45,244 nucleotides of DNA from an uncultured Gammaproteobacteria bacterium (GTDB lineage: Bacteria; Pseudomonadota; Gammaproteobacteria; CAYGKN01): assembly GCA_964350565.1 (NCBI GenBank), contig CAYGKN010000003.1:1-45244 (forward strand), given 5' to 3'. Position 1 is the first letter of the stretch. Each line of letters opens with the position of its first letter. Below, in pieces: positions 1-8,931 of the stretch. The position numbers and the translations under genes were made by a program. Under the pieces are notes generated by a model that worked only from the letters and a program-made list of their open reading frames with translations, did not search any database and was not told the origin of the DNA.

Positions 1-1601
1 GATTTGATGTACTTAAACTGAGTTTTCAACGATTCGATTAATGAAGAGGGACGCAACCATTTTGAAATACCACCCGTTATTTCTTTTCCCATATTAGCAA
101 GCTGACCTGTTTGAGATCCCATGTCATCGAACCTGTTCCCCACCATCGTTTCTTCTTTTGCAGAAATTTTTTTCCAAAAAGCTAGAGAACTTAAAAATTC
201 GCGCCCAGTACGTTTGATATATTGAGATAATCCCTCATTGCCTTTGAAAAGGCTTAAAATCGGCCAAAACAACACCCCCAAAACCACTTTTGCCAACAAC
301 ACGGCTCGATACACCACACCTGTAAGCACCATCAAAGCCAATTGTAAAAATGGACGCACAAACGGCATGATATTTCGTTTAAATAAGCGATAGGGCACAC
401 CTAAACAAAACAACAAAAATGCGGCAGGCAATAAAAACAAAGCCATTGTGGCGCGCAGTGCCATACTCACTAACCCACCCCTGGATTGCGTTTGCCCAAG
501 ATCATCTGTCCTCGTAAAAATTGTCACAGAGTCAATACCAAATAACGTCAATTTTAATGTGGTAAGCAGTGCCACCCCAGCAGTCATCAATGCCGGATAT
601 ACCACGCCCACTAGAACCCCTGTAATCATGTTCACAGGAAGAGCCAAAGGATACATCAACCCTTTAGCAAAATTAGCCAAAAAACGCGTCAGGCCGTTGT
701 TGTCCCTTGAGTTCCTATCTGTTTTGCCCGTATACGCATCCAGCCAATAAAATATCTTTCCAGCAACACCTCGACGCAATTGTTTTTCTAGCGAGTTAGC
801 TGTGCCATGTTGATCGCCTTTTTCCACTTTCTTCCATGTCAAACGCTTAAAAGGTCTCCAAACTCTTTTAATAAAACCTCTATCCTCCTCAGGGTCGATC
901 TTTTGATCCGTCCATAATTCTACAAATCGATCTAGGGGGCCAAAAACGGATAAAAATTTCAAGCCTCCTGAAAATCCTTGATCGGTCGCCCCGCTACCAA
1001 CCCGATAGCTAGAAGCACCAAAAATAAAGCTCCATAAGAAAGAAAATATTGAATTCGTACTTGAGCCTACAAAACTCTGGAGACTCTCTTTGAGCAAGGG
1101 CATGCCATAATCATTGCCAGCATAATCGCCTTCTAATAATCGCCCTTTCCATTGATTTTCCCTGAACGGATTGGGATCTGTCACCTCAAAGGTGGCAAGC
1201 ACTATACCGAGATGTTCGCCATCTTTGTAAGAAAGCTTATATTTAGCAGGGTGATGTTTCTTTGCATTTGCTGGCGGCTGTTCTTCAGATTCTTGTTCTG
1301 GTTGTGCCTCTTCTACCAGCTCAACTTGAAACTTATCCCCATGATTACCAAACAATATATGCTCTGCAACGGTGGCATTGGTACCTAAACGTCGAGCAAG
1401 ATCTAAAATAATTCCCTCTACCCTGTCACTCGACAATCCCGCATAAAGAGATTTTCCTGTTTTAGCTTCATTTTGTAGGCGATTGTTTTCCGATAAAAAA
1501 TCATTCCAAAAACGAGACTCCCATGGATTAGAAAATTTTTTAGGATCATTGATGGGCCTTTTTTCTTTCTTCTTTGCACCAGCCACTTTACCCTCAGTCA
1601 T
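1..1601 (-). CDS. Orphan multi-pass membrane protein, >533 aa, 3' end outside the window (absent from ORF track)
   Basis: Manual translation from ATG at 1601 (MTEGKVAGAKKKEKRPINDPKKFSNPWESRFW...) stays open to position 1. Hydrophilic N-terminal half, then several hydrophobic segments (LMYPLALPVNMITGVLVGVVYPALMTAGVALL; LVSMALRATMALFLLPAAFLLFCLGVP; FLQLALMVLTGVVYRAVLLAKVVLGVLFWPIL). Confidence 0.85.
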   Translation of the reverse strand, partial: MTEGKVAGAKKKEKRPINDPKKFSNPWESRFWNDFLSENNRLQNEAKTGKSLYAGLSSDRVEGIILDLARRLGTNATVAEHILFGNHGDKFQVELVEEAQPEQESEEQPPANAKKHHPAKYKLSYKDGEHLGIVLATFEVTDPNPFRENQWKGRLLEGDYAGNDYGMPLLKESLQSFVGSSTNSIFSFLWSFIFGASSYRVGSGATDQGFSGGLKFLSVFGPLDRFVELWTDQKIDPEEDRGFIKRVWRPFKRLTWKKVEKGDQHGTANSLEKQLRRGVAGKIFYWLDAYTGKTDRNSRDNNGLTRFLANFAKGLMYPLALPVNMITGVLVGVVYPALMTAGVALLTTLKLTLFGIDSVTIFTRTDDLGQTQSRGGLVSMALRATMALFLLPAAFLLFCLGVPYRLFKRNIMPFVRPFLQLALMVLTGVVYRAVLLAKVVLGVLFWPILSLFKGNEGLSQYIKRTGREFLSSLAFWKKISAKEETMVGNRFDDMGSQTGQLANMGKEITGGISKWLRPSSLIESLKTQFKYIK

Positions 1602-1616
1602 TTCTTGCTATTTCCT

Positions 1617-1649
1617 AGTATAAATCATAAAGCTTAAGTATATCTTATT
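1617..1649 (-). promoter_or_regulatory. PmrA-box-like site plus -10 element
   Basis: Minus strand AATAAGATA-TA-CTTAAGCTT-N7-TATACT, ending 15 nt before the ATG at 1601. The first half-site is weak. Confidence 0.5.
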
Positions 1650-1720
1650 GCCTATTTTTTCTCTAGGGATTGCCATTTTCAGCCAGTTTCAGTATGTTGT
1701 TCAAAGTGTTGGAGAAGAAC

Positions 1721-3286
1721 ATGCTGAAGCAATTACGTTGGTCTCATTGGCCTTTACTCGGTGAAGGCCAGCTCACCCTAGAGAAGGGACTATACAGCTT
1801 GAGCGGGGATAGCGGCTCTGGTAAGTCTTTGTTTTTAGAAATGCTGGCCTTTTTATTCGGCGGCCCTACACCTCGTGGCCATCTAGAACATCCTGGTGAA
1901 GTCACCGGAGAAATCATCGCTCCTACGGGGGAGAATATTGTAATCAAACGATTGTGGAGAAAAAAGTCTAATCCTCTGTATATACAAGATAAACTGGCCA
2001 ATAAATCAGAGCGCGAACAATTATTTTCTTCTATTTACCAGCACCAGCAACATGCGCATCTCAAATTGCTCCATGCCTCATATCTTCGCGATAAATTAGA
2101 CGATTTTGGTGGATTACAGGCTTTGAAAACTCAAGTCAGCGCTGCCTTTTTGACTTATCAATCCCTCGATCAACAACTAAAAAACTATCAAGTTGAGCAA
2201 ATTGCCCAAGAAATAGATTACCTACGCTTCCAGTGCGAAGAATTGGCGCATCTGCCTACAGCACCCGCCCTACAGGAAGCTCTTTCCCAGCATGAAGCGA
2301 TGGGGCGCATTGGTGATGCACACTCACAAATTCAGAACCTCCTGGAACAATGGCCAGATTTATCCAGCACTCTCCATGCCCTTGCCACACTCAAGCAGCC
2401 CTCGCTAGAGCCCATCCTCGCTCAATTGGAAGCGGCACAATTGGAATGGGACGATGGCACTCGCGCACTGAATCATTGGCTCACCCGTCATGAAAATGAC
2501 GAGGCACAATACGACCGTCTTGATGCCACCATACAGCAATGGCACCATCTGGCTAGAAAACATCGCGTACATATTACCGACTTACCCCACACCGCAGAGA
2601 AGCTCTCCAAACGCCTCACGCACTTGGAGTCTCTTGATCTAGAAGGCTTGCATGCAGCGCATGCCAAAGCTTGGAAAGATTTTATGGATAAAGCCCATGC
2701 ACTTCGAGAAGCACGCATAAAAAAAGTCAGCCCCATGATCACGCAATGGCAGAAACAATTGGCCGGCCTAGGATTACCGAATGCGCAATTACAACTACCA
2801 TTCGAAGAAGCCACACCGAGTGTGGAGGGTATAGACACCCTCTCTTTGCTATTTTCTGCAAGAGCAGAATTGGCTCCAGCACCATTATCTCGCACTGCCT
2901 CTGGCGGTGAACTTTCCCGATTGGCACTAGCGTTGCATTTTGTGCTCATCGAACAACTCAAACATCCCCCCATCGTGCTACTCGATGAAGTCGATACCGG
3001 CATCAGCGGACTGGCCACAGAGCAATTGGCTCGCACACTACAACAACTGGGGCACCACACCCAACTCTTTTGCGCAAGCCACTCCGCACAACTGGTGGCA
3101 GGAAGCCATTATCCTTTACTCGTGCAATCTCCAGAACAAGAGCATCGAATAGTTCTGATGGATGAATCCACCCGCATCGAAGAACTCTCTCGATTGCTCA
3201 GCGGCCAGAAAACCGATCAAACCAGCCAGGCGCTGGCAAATCAGTTAAGGGCACGCTGGGCAGTAGGGGGGAGTGTCGGAATCTAG
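1721..3286 (+). CDS. recN: DNA repair protein RecN (divergent)
   Basis: Walker A GDSGSGKS, long coiled coil, signature ASGGELSRLALAL, Walker B VLLDEVDTGISG, H-loop SHSAQ, C-terminal RIEELSRLLSG. ATG 1721 (MLKQL) follows GGAG. Confidence 0.88.
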   Translation: MLKQLRWSHWPLLGEGQLTLEKGLYSLSGDSGSGKSLFLEMLAFLFGGPTPRGHLEHPGEVTGEIIAPTGENIVIKRLWRKKSNPLYIQDKLANKSEREQLFSSIYQHQQHAHLKLLHASYLRDKLDDFGGLQALKTQVSAAFLTYQSLDQQLKNYQVEQIAQEIDYLRFQCEELAHLPTAPALQEALSQHEAMGRIGDAHSQIQNLLEQWPDLSSTLHALATLKQPSLEPILAQLEAAQLEWDDGTRALNHWLTRHENDEAQYDRLDATIQQWHHLARKHRVHITDLPHTAEKLSKRLTHLESLDLEGLHAAHAKAWKDFMDKAHALREARIKKVSPMITQWQKQLAGLGLPNAQLQLPFEEATPSVEGIDTLSLLFSARAELAPAPLSRTASGGELSRLALALHFVLIEQLKHPPIVLLDEVDTGISGLATEQLARTLQQLGHHTQLFCASHSAQLVAGSHYPLLVQSPEQEHRIVLMDESTRIEELSRLLSGQKTDQTSQALANQLRARWAVGGSVGI

Positions 3287-3499
3287 GGAAGGTTGTCCCT
3301 TCCATAAATGATAAAGACAATAAAGCATCAGTAAAGCCCCTGCTACTATCACTGTTATGTTTCCCGGAGATGAGGGTGATGGTGATGACGCACCCCACCA
3401 TATAGAAAAAGAGCCCAGTATGAGAGATACCAAAGCCTTAGCACGTTCCTCATCGTTTTCTTCGGGTTGAATATGGTGATACTGATTAGGGCCTGACAT
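3245..3499 (-). CDS. Small orphan membrane protein, 84 aa, two hydrophobic segments
   Basis: GGAG 7 nt before ATG. TM-like ALVSLILGSFSIWWG and ITVIVAGALLMLYCLYHLW. Overlaps recN tail-to-tail by 42 nt. Upstream PmrA-like box. Confidence 0.6.
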   Translation of the reverse strand: MSGPNQYHHIQPEENDEERAKALVSLILGSFSIWWGASSPSPSSPGNITVIVAGALLMLYCLYHLWKGQPSLDSDTPPYCPACP

Positions 3500-3526
3500 A
3501 ATTATACTCCATGAAATATTAATTTC

Positions 3527-3559
3527 ATTATTTCATAGAAAAATTAAATGAAAATTAAG
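3527..3559 (-). promoter_or_regulatory. PmrA-box-like direct repeat plus -10-like element
   Basis: Minus strand CTTAATTTT-CA-TTTAATTTT-N7-AATAAT upstream of the 84-aa gene. Confidence 0.6.
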
Positions 3560-3565
3560 AACCAT

Positions 3566-4249
3566 CTACCGCCCAGATGGCGCAGAATGAGATGGCAAAT
3601 TCTCTTTAGAAATTATTAACTCACTCAACTCTTTCAATGCTTTTCTATCCAAAAAAGCCAATATCGCCCAATAAATGGATATCAAGAAAGCAGAAGCAGT
3701 TAGCGCTTCCACTCCTATTAAATAGCTCGTATCAACAAGTTGAGATACGGGAAGATAGTGTAAAATTCCGGCCATGGCGCATGATGATATAAAAAAAGCC
3801 ATCACGCTCAAGAAAAAATAGCGCAGATGCTTTGACTTCAAATAAGGCTTTATATATAAAGAAAAATTTAAATTTTCTTTAGATTTGTCAGCATCTTCCA
3901 ATCGAAACAAAAGCATCACTTGAATCAACTGTTGTTTTTTTTTGGACGATAAATTGACCTTACTTATAAAGTCATTCTCAGCATTTAAAAAAACACCATG
4001 ATCTTCTTTTTTACCAGAAATAATGGAGGCCTCATAATCAAAACCTGATCTGTAAAGACGATCACCAAAATCTTTTAGTGATTTCTTAAGAATCTCATAA
4101 TGCAAATCTCCAACGTGTCTTTTAATGGTTGACAAAAAACTCTTATCTGGATCATCATAGTTAATGAGATAGGTTCCCTTCTTAATGTCTATAAGAGCCA
4201 TATCCAACACGGAAAAAGCAGCCACACTATCTGCTGTAAAAGAATTCAC
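3566..4249 (-). CDS. Orphan low-GC protein, 227 aa, two C-terminal TM helices (candidate effector)
   Basis: GTG start after AGGA/AAGG. Lys-rich soluble N-terminus, then hydrophobic FFLSVMAFFISSCAMAGIL and LIGVEALTASAFLISIYWAILAFL. Confidence 0.75.
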   Translation of the reverse strand: MNSFTADSVAAFSVLDMALIDIKKGTYLINYDDPDKSFLSTIKRHVGDLHYEILKKSLKDFGDRLYRSGFDYEASIISGKKEDHGVFLNAENDFISKVNLSSKKKQQLIQVMLLFRLEDADKSKENLNFSLYIKPYLKSKHLRYFFLSVMAFFISSCAMAGILHYLPVSQLVDTSYLIGVEALTASAFLISIYWAILAFLDRKALKELSELIISKENLPSHSAPSGR

Positions 4250-4279
4250 CCTTAATCCTAAAAATCATTTTCTTGAAAT

Positions 4280-4312
4280 ATGCTATCAAGAAAAAATTAA
4301 GTAAGAATTAAG
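4280..4312 (-). promoter_or_regulatory. PmrA-box-like direct repeat plus -10 element
   Basis: Minus strand CTTAATTCT-TA-CTTAATTTT-N7-TAGCAT, a close match to the Legionella/Coxiella PmrA consensus cTTAAtatT-N2-cTTAAtatT. Confidence 0.72.
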
Positions 4313-4366
4313 AGAAGCATCACTTCATTCAAAACTCTGTCAATGAACAGAAATCAATGATTTTTG

Positions 4367-4884
4367 AAGCAATTCCCGGTTGATCCTGTGATGGTTAAGA
4401 AAATGGCCTCTTGAGCAAAGGGAATCACCACTTTTTTATCCGGGTGCACCAAAGCAGCCCCTACCATCTGATGGTAATAGGTGCTTTGCTCACTCTTCTT
4501 ATGATGCTTTACACAGCAGTTTTTGCAATACACTTTCTTAGAGGAAAATTGCCCCGCGCCATCAATCGAAACAATCTCCGCAACTTTTTCTTTTTCAAAC
4601 TGTAGCAGTGAAGAACACTGAAACCCAAAAACAGCCAAGCCACTCTTGATGCAATGATGCAATCTTGCCAACTGTAGGTCGAGTTCTTCAATTCTTGGAG
4701 ATTCTCTTTCGCAATGCTTTCTCGTACGGTCTGCAGAAGGGCATCTACTGATAAATGTTTACGCTTCAATCCCATGGCATGCTCCTCTCCAGCCTGAATT
4801 ACTACGATAGTTTACGATAAAATAATTCAAAAACCTCCTGAAAACCCCTTTAATAGCCCATTTTTTAATGGCCGGGAATCGCTG
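4367..4884 (-). mobile_element. Internally deleted, non-autonomous IS (DDE transposase remnant, ISNCY/IS4-like) retaining both ends
   Basis: Terminal IRs AGCAATTCCCGG (4368-4379) and CCGGGAATCGCT (4872-4883), 11/12 match. Flanks TGATTTTTG and TGAAATTTG (7/9, possible decayed TSD). Transposase fragments RKHLSVDALL...YSWQDC...SGLAVFGF and SIDGAGQFSSKKVYCKNCC...YYHQMVGAALVHPDKKVVIP. Confidence 0.8.
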
Positions 4885-4891
4885 TGAAATT

Positions 4892-5003
4892 TGTCATTCT
4901 ATAGTAGCGATGGAGTACCACTGAGAAAGCAGAGTCTATACCTCGGCAAAAAAGATTCCCGCGTTCGCGGATCCTGCCCTCGCAAAAGCGCAGGAGTGGC
5001 AAA
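4892..5003. repeat. Degenerate copy of the dRS3/RPE-like palindromic element
   Basis: TGTCATTC...GAGAAAGCAGAGTCT, 15-bp spacer (4938-4952), AGATTCCCGCGTTCGCGG, then a nested hairpin TCCTGC...GCAGGA before a GAGTGGCAA end. Confidence 0.6.
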
Positions 5004-5077
5004 AAGCAGGACAAATCAACCCCATTTTCTTGTTATTGTGTGTGTTCTTGTCCTGAAAATTCTTTCAAACTAAAAGC

Positions 5078-6226
5078 ATGCCAAAGATGATTCGTATAGT
5101 TTTGATGAATTTGCTACTGCTTCTCTCTACTCAGACACATGCACTCGATGCTTATAGCGCCCGAGGAGATCACTACTCCTTGCTGGAGTTTGTGAAAAAA
5201 GTTTCAATGCTCTCCCAAACAAATTTTTTGATTGATGCCAATTTAGAAGGGGAAGTATCTTTTTCACTCCCTAATCCTTTAACCGGCGCACAATGGTTGG
5301 GATTGTTAAAAAACACGCTGAACCATTTAGGGTTTAGTCTTGAAAAATTTGGAAATACTTACACCATTCGAAAATATGCTCCATCACTTAAAAAGCTTAA
5401 GCAACAGCTCTATACTTGCCAGCACCTCACTAGTCATGCACTCATGAAAAAACTGCAATCCTTTCTTGACCATGATCCTGATTATCATTTCTCAATCATT
5501 GATGCACACAGCCTTTACCTTAGTTCCCCTAAAAATGATCCGCTAGAGATATTATCCCTTTTGAGAAAATTAGATCAGACCCCAAAAAACATTCATTTAG
5601 ATATTCTCATTCTTTCCGTGAGCCATGCACTCCTAAAAACTCAACAATTGCCCTGGAATACCCTGATGCAAAACATGCTCGGTTGGTTACATCCTGGAGT
5701 GGGAGTCCCGCCTTTACAACACTGGTCACATTGGATTGAGTGGATGATCAAAAGACATTTTGCCACTATTATTGCTACACCCAGTTTAACCTTATTGCCC
5801 GGTGAGCAAGGAAATCTGAATGTCGGCAAACGCATTAGCATTCCCAATCAAACCCAACGAGATGATCTTCATGACGCTCTCATCACCCAATATCACACTG
5901 AAAATGTCGGCTTATCGATTCAACTCACCCCCCTGATTACAGGAGATTCTCAAGTCAAACTCAAAGTCATTGTACACGATAGACACTGGGAAAATCCCAC
6001 AGAAACGCTTCCCATTATTACAACGAGCGATATCGACTCCACACTCACGCTCAAACAAAATCAATGGGAATGGATAGGAGGTCTCAATCAAAATAGTTGG
6101 CATCAACACCATGCACAACCCCGGCCTCTGAATCACTTTCCCGTAGTCAAACAACTCTTCGATAACCATCAATCCCAACAACAAGATAAACGCTGGCTAG
6201 TCTTTATTCGAGCGAGGGCTGCATGA
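5078..6226 (+). CDS. gspD: Short secretin, GspD/PulD-like
   Basis: Signal peptide, N0-like SLLEFVKKVSMLSQTNFLIDANLEGEVSF, N-domain ending LLRKLDQTPKNIHLDILI, secretin core IIATPSLTLLPGEQGNLNVGKRI, ENVGLSIQLTPLI, IGGL, PLNHFPVVKQLF, WLVFIRA. Only 382 aa. Confidence 0.75.
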   Translation: MPKMIRIVLMNLLLLLSTQTHALDAYSARGDHYSLLEFVKKVSMLSQTNFLIDANLEGEVSFSLPNPLTGAQWLGLLKNTLNHLGFSLEKFGNTYTIRKYAPSLKKLKQQLYTCQHLTSHALMKKLQSFLDHDPDYHFSIIDAHSLYLSSPKNDPLEILSLLRKLDQTPKNIHLDILILSVSHALLKTQQLPWNTLMQNMLGWLHPGVGVPPLQHWSHWIEWMIKRHFATIIATPSLTLLPGEQGNLNVGKRISIPNQTQRDDLHDALITQYHTENVGLSIQLTPLITGDSQVKLKVIVHDRHWENPTETLPIITTSDIDSTLTLKQNQWEWIGGLNQNSWHQHHAQPRPLNHFPVVKQLFDNHQSQQQDKRWLVFIRARAA

Positions 6227-7296
6227 ATAAGCATCTTCCTTCCTCTTGGCAACGATGGCAATACGGCGCTTGGGAAAATCACTTTTGCTTCACGACCTTT
6301 CCCCTTGATCTTTCTACGTTACAACATGCACAACAATACGTTCCTCACGCCCACTACCTGCCTTGCGATCAAAAAACCATTGCAGAAAAAACGCTACGCT
6401 TTTGCCAACAACAACTCATTGCACTGCACTACACTCCGCCCATCCACCCACCACTGGATGCAAAATTGGCATTTCTACAAGATCTTCTACTTTCTTGCTG
6501 CCAAACCCTGCAGATCACTGACATTCATTTAACCTGTTTATCACAATCTCAACTCACGCTTCGACAACATGGTGAGTTGAAACACTTTGCTCATATCCAT
6601 CGAGAAATCGGCTGGCAAGGCTTTAGACGTTGGCAAGGATTAAGTGGTATCAATTGGCACCAGCTCAAAAATGAAAGTGGCACCTTGCCCATTCCTCCAT
6701 ACCATACTGCCAGAGTTAATGTCCTTAAACTCTCCCAAGGTGGGATCTTAAGCATTCGCTTACTACACCAAGGCAACAGTTGGAAACCTCAAACCCATGA
6801 AACTGATCAAGCAATTCTAAAACACCTGATGCAAGCACATGGCCTCATTCTGATCATTGGCCCCACTGGAAGTGGGAAAACCACCTTTCTCTATGAATTG
6901 CTACGCTATCTCTCTAAAAAATCTCCTCAACATGTAATCTCTCTTGAAAACCCCATCGAACAACGCTTAACCCAATGTACCCAAGTACAATTTAATTTGG
7001 ATGACAATCTCTCCACACTCATGGCACATTTGCTACGACTCGATCCAGATGCATTTGCACTCCAAGAAGTGCGCGACGCACACAGCGCGCACATGCTGGC
7101 TCATTGCTATAACACTGGTCATTTGACCTTGGCCACTATGCATGGTGCTCATGCTCAACAAATTCTATCGAGAGCCTCTCAATGGAATATCCCTCTCTCT
7201 ATGTTTTCTCCATTGATCATGGTGAAAGTTTCACTTGAACACGTGAATGGAAGAATTCAAAGAGATTACCAAATCGTATCAAACAGGAGTACATGA
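6223..7296 (+). CDS. gspE: GspE/PilB-family secretion ATPase, shortened
   Basis: DIH motif, Walker A GPTGSGKTT, Asp box SLENPIEQ, LLRLDPDAFALQEVRD (Walker B), His box NTGHLTLATMH. ATGA-coupled to the secretin gene. Confidence 0.8.
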   Translation: MNKHLPSSWQRWQYGAWENHFCFTTFPLDLSTLQHAQQYVPHAHYLPCDQKTIAEKTLRFCQQQLIALHYTPPIHPPLDAKLAFLQDLLLSCCQTLQITDIHLTCLSQSQLTLRQHGELKHFAHIHREIGWQGFRRWQGLSGINWHQLKNESGTLPIPPYHTARVNVLKLSQGGILSIRLLHQGNSWKPQTHETDQAILKHLMQAHGLILIIGPTGSGKTTFLYELLRYLSKKSPQHVISLENPIEQRLTQCTQVQFNLDDNLSTLMAHLLRLDPDAFALQEVRDAHSAHMLAHCYNTGHLTLATMHGAHAQQILSRASQWNIPLSMFSPLIMVKVSLEHVNGRIQRDYQIVSNRST

Positions 7297-7907
7297 TGTT
7301 AACGACCATACCCAAAAATCCACCCCACGAAGGACACCCGTTCAAAACCTATTGTGAAGCTCAATCTGTCTCTCTCGATAGAACACATCCTCATCATGCA
7401 TCATGGAAACAACAATACCAAGCGTGGGCTCTCCACCGACATACAGAAAAAAAACGTCGTTATCAACAGATCGCTGAATATACGTATCCCTTCCTCTTGT
7501 GCATTGGAGGAATAGCTATGATGATCTTAATTCCCCTGTGGGAGCACCAACATTGGAATCCATACACAAAACTCTATGAACTCTGGATGCTCAGTGGAAG
7601 TGTTTGGTGTGCTATTGCCATCATGTTTCATCAACTACAGAAAAAATATGCGAAACTGGGTACTTTTCTTGATAATCCCCTTCCTGGCCATGGGCATACT
7701 CTCGTGACTTTGGCCCTATCTCAAAAGCTTGTCCCTTCTGATATCCACACCCTTATAGAGCTTGAAGCGTATCACCAAGAACAACCCACACTGTATGCAG
7801 CAAAAATTCAGATTGCCAAACAAGCATTCATGATGCACCTGATGGGCATCATGGCGTACACGGTTTGGTATTTTCTAAACAAACTACCACACTGGAGTCT
7901 GATATGA
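7293..7907 (+). CDS. Probable miniaturised GspF/PilC-like inner-membrane platform protein
   Basis: Lies between gspE and gspG with ATGA overlaps. Three TM segments, YP before TM1 and LP after TM3 as in GspF, but only 204 aa. Confidence 0.5.
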   Translation: MMLTTIPKNPPHEGHPFKTYCEAQSVSLDRTHPHHASWKQQYQAWALHRHTEKKRRYQQIAEYTYPFLLCIGGIAMMILIPLWEHQHWNPYTKLYELWMLSGSVWCAIAIMFHQLQKKYAKLGTFLDNPLPGHGHTLVTLALSQKLVPSDIHTLIELEAYHQEQPTLYAAKIQIAKQAFMMHLMGIMAYTVWYFLNKLPHWSLI

Positions 7908-8305
7908 ATAAAAGTGGTTTTACCTTAATGGAATTAATCGTCGTGTTATTCATCTTAACACTCATCGGTCATCGCATCATTCCCAAATTACTGGAGCGAC
8001 CAGAGCAAGCAAAAATTTTAAAGGCAAAACAAGATATTCATACACTCATGGCCGCACTAGAATTGTATCGCCTAGACAATGGCAATTACCCCAGCACAGC
8101 ACAAGGATTATCCGCATTGGTCAAAAGACCCAAAATTTCCCCAAAACCATTATTTTGGCAAAGTGGCGGCTACTTAAGTGAATTGCCCAATGATCCCTGG
8201 AATGAACCCTATCACTACCACTATCAAGAAAAACCACTCACTGTAAAGGTATCTAGTCGCATGCTCAATCTCAAGGAGAAAACCTATGGCACACCAGCAT
8301 TTTAA
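7904..8305 (+). CDS. gspG: Major pseudopilin GspG
   Basis: Prepilin site SG/FTLMEL; AALELYRLDNGNYPSTAQGLSALV; GGYLSELPNDPWNEPY. ATG 7904 after GGAG. Confidence 0.92.
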   Translation: MNKSGFTLMELIVVLFILTLIGHRIIPKLLERPEQAKILKAKQDIHTLMAALELYRLDNGNYPSTAQGLSALVKRPKISPKPLFWQSGGYLSELPNDPWNEPYHYHYQEKPLTVKVSSRMLNLKEKTYGTPAF

Positions 8306-8498
8306 CATCGGTGGATTTGCGCTGATCGATGCCCTTATCGCCTCGATGCTATTGCTACTCATCGCTCAATGTCTACACCAAAGTGCTCAATCTATTTCCC
8401 ATTGGGAAATACCCTATCAAACACACCTCACAGAACAAATCACCCAGTATCACGAACACATTCATCAAGCCATTCTAAAGGACATCCATGCACACTAA
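8286..8498 (+). CDS. Minor pseudopilin-like protein (GspI/PilV-like), 70 aa
   Basis: AAGGAG RBS; GG/FALIDALIASMLLLLI class III signal with Asp at +5. Confidence 0.6.
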   Translation: MAHQHFNIGGFALIDALIASMLLLLIAQCLHQSAQSISHWEIPYQTHLTEQITQYHEHIHQAILKDIHAH

Positions 8499-8931
8499 AG
8501 GTTATTTACTCTGGGAATGTCTCCTGTCTTTATGGATGGCTACTGCACTCACCCAAAGCATGTATCTACTGCTTAAAGATTATCATCGATTCTCCAGTTC
8601 ATGGGCTGCTCACCAGCAATACTTTCATGATATTGAAAATCTACATCAACATTGGAAATGGCTGATTCATCAATCACGATTAATGCCCCATCAAATCACA
8701 ACAGATTACTGGAAACTCCAAGAAGGATCCCTACAATGGAATGAAAAAAACATCATTTTTTGCACCCATCAACGGTGTCATCCATTCCCTACCACGCAAG
8801 CAAAATTATTACAAACCCCTTGTGATCAAGAACACTGGCAAGCCATCTATGATGCACCCTACTGTGGTCTGCAATTGCAATTTCAATCTCATCAACACCC
8901 TTGGAGGTTTTATGCACATCTACATCCATAA
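8488..8931 (+). CDS. Minor pseudopilin-like protein (GspJ/PilW-like)
   Basis: KG/YLLWECLLSLWMATAL class III signal with Glu at +5; overlaps both neighbours; AAGGA RBS. Confidence 0.6.
   Translation: MHTKGYLLWECLLSLWMATALTQSMYLLLKDYHRFSSSWAAHQQYFHDIENLHQHWKWLIHQSRLMPHQITTDYWKLQEGSLQWNEKNIIFCTHQRCHPFPTTQAKLLQTPCDQEHWQAIYDAPYCGLQLQFQSHQHPWRFYAHLHP

Noticed and set aside
448-1388. Plus-strand ORFs 448-750 and 1152-1388
   Set aside because: Antisense shadows of the long minus-strand gene 1601 to <1.
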